A DNA stretch of 64,000 bases. It comes from Raillietiella orientalis. Its lineage: Eukaryota. This document shows positions 60,637 through 64,000 of the stretch, in pieces. The DNA lies in the NCBI GenBank assembly GCA_036172245.1, contig JAYWIR010000024.1, positions 2,542,001 through 2,606,000 of the forward strand. Reading direction: 5' to 3'. Position numbers and translations under genes: made by a program. Position 1 is the first letter of the stretch, and each line of letters opens with the position of its first letter. The notes under the pieces are model-generated. The model was not told the DNA's origin. It ran no database searches and worked only from the letters and a program-made list of their open reading frames with translations.

Positions 60637-62450
60637 TCACCGGGTACGCCGGGGCTTTTCTTTATAAAATAAATAAACATTTTGAACCTCTGTGATTTGA
60701 ACCGGTGGTGAAAGGACGCGTCCTTTTCAGCTCTAACCTGCCGCGCTACCGGCTCGCAGACCGGTGAGGTCCACCGTGGCAGCAGAGGTGAGGGGGCAAA
60801 CAAAAAAAAAGAAAAAGAAACAAAATACAAACAAAACTGCTTTGGAGAAGAACGGAGGGGAGGCGCGGAAAGGGATCGCTGTCTGCTGGGGGAGGTCATC
60901 TGCATCTTCTGGAGGATGCCGGCAAGGTCTTTCTGGATATTGTTACCCAGGTGGGGCCAAATCGTTGCCATCCTCATGAAGCGGACGGCAAAGTGGATGT
61001 GACAGCCACGTGGCTGGGTTCTCTTCTTGCGTCTCTCTAGGCAGCGACAGCGTAGGCAGCAGAGGGCTGCTAGCGAGGCTGCCGGCCGAAGCGCGTACCG
61101 TAGGAGGAGGGGTTTGAAAGTGTCCCTGTAGTTGCCGCTGGGAGTCCCTTGGGCCGCGGCGAGACGTTCCCAGAGGGGCCGGGCGGCAACACAGTTCACT
61201 GGCATGTGCGGGAGGGATTCCCGCTCCTCGCACCACGTGACACAGTTGGGATCCACACACACCCCGTGTCCAGTGATGCTAGCGGGTGTTGCACGAGAGG
61301 TCCCAGTGCAGCAGCATCACCGCCAACTCCCACACCACTTCAAGGGGAGGGTGCCTCTGTTCAATAGCGCTGGGGGCCACCGTCCGGAGCCGAGGGAACT
61401 GTCCGGTTGTCAAGGTTTTCCGAGGGTTGCGGGAGAAGAGGGGAGCGACCGAAGGTCGGAACCCAAAGGACTCCTCACTCCTCGGATCGGTTCTGCTCGG
61501 ATCCTTTTGTCGCCTTTCGGATGAATGGCGGCCATTGAAGAAGAAGGCGGGACGCGACAATGCCCCCTGGCATGCGGCAGAGGTTGCGCGCAAGAGTTCC
61601 GTTCCCGTGGGACAAATCCGGGAGGGGAAGAAAGGAAGCCAGAGGGACTTCACAAAAGCTGAAGATGGAAACGGCGGGCATTTTTATTTGTTTACCGAGA
61701 CTTCCGGGACTTGCGCACCGAACAGGTGATGAATAGCGCAGAGGGGCGGGTCAGGTCACAAGGAAGGAAGGAGCAAACGTACTCTCGAGGGCGATGGGAA
61801 GGGGGAGGGGATCATGGGTCTGGAAAGAGCCCACGGATTCGCCCCCTGCAGCTGAAGTATTCAACTCGCGGTCCCATGCGACGCGCAGTGGGGCCTTTCG
61901 TCCACTCCCGATCAAGTTGCGCCCTCCCACATCGTGGCAAACAGTGCATCGTCCCAGGAAGACGGCTTCGGCTTCTCGAGCGCTGGACGTGACAAGGTCC
62001 GGGAGTGCAGCATATGTTCGGGATGACGTCGTCTGAGATGATCTTCCGTAGAAACCGGCATCACATGCTGGTCGGGGAAACGGGGGATTGTGACACCTCC
62101 TCGGACGACTTTTCGAATTCTCGCGTCGCCGGGGACGCTGAGGGACTCCGTCGCAGAATTCCCGACGATCCCAAGAAGGCAACTTCCCCTTCCATCATGG
62201 GACAAAGAGAGCGCGGTTTCCTGGCAGCGCTGAGATACATTCCTGCATTCCATCCCATCCCATCACGTCGCCTCCCCTGATTCTCGTCAGGACTTCCTGG
62301 AAGGCACGAGACCACCCCATCGTTACTCTTTCGACCCATTTGGTGGGACGAGAGCGAGCGCAAGCGCGGTCGTCGCTGCATCCGGCCGCAGGGTCGCTCC
62401 GCCCGGAGGAGACACTCGAGAAACCCAGCGAAGAAGGCCATCCGTGGCTA
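60637..62450 (-). mobile_element. L1/Tx1-like 3' half (copy 4)
   Basis: AALPDL, PLEVVWELAVMLLHWDLSCNTR, CVTWCEERESLPHMPVNCVAARPLWERL, AASLAALCCLR, WPHL..QKDLAGILQKM; 3'UTR alignable with copies 1 and 2. Confidence 0.82.
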
Positions 62451-63149
62451 CCGCCTCCTCCTCCCCTCTCATCAAGCAACCCTCCTCTGAACAGAAAGGC
62501 CAGAAAGAGAGGAGTCGGGTGTTGCGAAAGTCCCTGGACCTCGAGGCTGGGAGCACCTACTCAGTTCGTCTGTGGTGCCCACGGGTCGAATATGGGGATG
62601 CCGGAAGCTTCCCTTTCCGGGTGCGATTCCATCCAGACGCGCCGGAGAGATGAGAGTCGTCCTTTCGCTCGCCTCTCGAAGAATCACCTAATCGAGCAAA
62701 GGGTATATTTGCGCCCTCTCGAACGACGACAACTCGGTGCCCGCGCGTGTACGTGACTCGGAGCGATGATCGGGCCGCGGCTGGAAAGGGCCGAGGCGCG
62801 AGGTGGTTCCGAGCGTGCCGACTTTTTCTAGCGCCTTGGCTGCCAGGAGACCGCAGCAGAACAAAAGGAGGAAAGTGTTACACGGAGGATGGTGGCGCGC
62901 GAACAAACAAACTCGGGAAAAAGGCAGGCGCCTTCCTTTGTTTGCTCTGCGCACGGCGACCCTATGCGAGGGCAGATCAACAGAGGGGCAGACGGGTCAG
63001 AGTCGGGACAGGTAGGCAGGTGAGCAGAAAGTCGAGAGCATCTCCAGGTTTCCCTCTGCCTTCTGAGTGGCTGGTGGAGGTCGTACGGTGCGGAGCAACG
63101 CCCAAGTTGCTACACGCGTCGCCGCGAAGCAGTCCACAGCGACGGAGGA

Positions 63150-63800
63150 GCCATTCCTAGCGCCGAGCCGACGACACTGATGTGCGTTCAAGATTGGTTT
63201 TCTCGTCTCGGAAAGAGCTCACCACGTCGTTTCGGAGGGGGAGGCTGCATCAGAAAGGATCTTCACGAAATGGGAAAATCCGAACCAGAGGAGCCCTTTC
63301 ATGGATCGAAATCCACCATGGCAACGAGGCGAAGAGATTTTCCCGACCTGTTCCTGTGTCTTCGTGAAGATGGAATCCTTCCAGCTACAGCTCATGGGAT
63401 CATCGTGGCATGAGGCTCAAAATGGAAGTAGCAAATTCCCGGATTGCCCGTTTTCTTGCCTTTGCCTCTGCACAGGAACCTTTGCCGCGCACCGCTTCCC
63501 GCGTGATTCGGACGGAAGAGACGCCTCCAGCGTCGGATCTGTGCCGACAGATCTGCAGAAAGATGGCGAGCTTTTGGAACCTTTGGGGTATTTCACGCCT
63601 GGCAAGACACGCAACCGCATGTTTCGCTGCCGGAAGCTTCACCTCCGCCGAGACTTCCTGATTCCTTTGCCCTCCACATCCGCGGTTCATCAGCAGAGAT
63701 GCAGCCCGCACGCGGTCATCCGGTTGGTTGGTCAGCTGCGTGTGCTCCTGTGGGGACATCACAGCGTAAATACATGCACGTGGATATGTACACACCGCAC
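63150..63800 (+). mobile_element. L1-like RT domains 0-3 relic
   Basis: RGALSW, HGIIV (G+I.L), DCPFSCL (RP+SLL), MFRCRKLH (AFDRV.H-like). Confidence 0.38.
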
Positions 63801-64000
63801 GCGTGCGAGAAGGGTTGCAATCCGGCTTCGAGGCGATCGGGAGGCTGATTCTGTATCACGTGGAGCATAGCTGTCTACTCCTCCAACAGTCTTGTTATTT
63901 AATTGGTGCAGAGTGGAAGCTTGCTTTGTTGTTGTTTTTCATTTGTTGATTCTGTTCTTTATTGGTCCATTTGATGATGATGGTCGTAGCCATCACAATA

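Noticed and set aside
1..64000. Tandem second FoxB (as in Drosophila fd96Ca/fd96Cb), CRISPR arrays, rRNA genes, prokaryotic operons
   Set aside because: No second forkhead motif in the ORF track, no regularly spaced repeat-spacer array, no rRNA-like sequence recognised; the window is eukaryotic.

Overview
GC-rich animal genomic DNA, probably protostome/arthropod judging from forkhead residues shared with Drosophila fd96Ca ([22 protein letters not shown]). The only supportable host gene is a FoxB-class forkhead transcription factor with an uninterrupted coding region on the minus strand (17126-18709). It has an eh1 motif, poly-His/Gln/Ala tracts, a plausible CCAAT/Inr promoter and a polyA signal. 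The rest of the window is decayed transposons interleaved with short, lower-GC, TAAT-rich islands that look like enhancers. The transposons are many L1/Tx1-like non-LTR relics, plus Tigger/pogo, mariner, CR1/L2 and possibly P-element/THAP, hAT and Tc1 relics. The most notable observations are: (1) four dispersed L1/Tx1-like copies share a small hairpin or tRNA-A-box-like motif just after the AATAAA-like signal, and three share a nested 3'UTR stem-loop; (2) a 908-bp fold-back mariner derivative has a perfect 124-bp inverted core inside otherwise diverged arms; (3) two other nearby repeat pairs look locally homogenised; (4) (CG)n runs recur beside the enhancer-like islands. TE boundaries are approximate and motif calls are by eye; no database searches were run.
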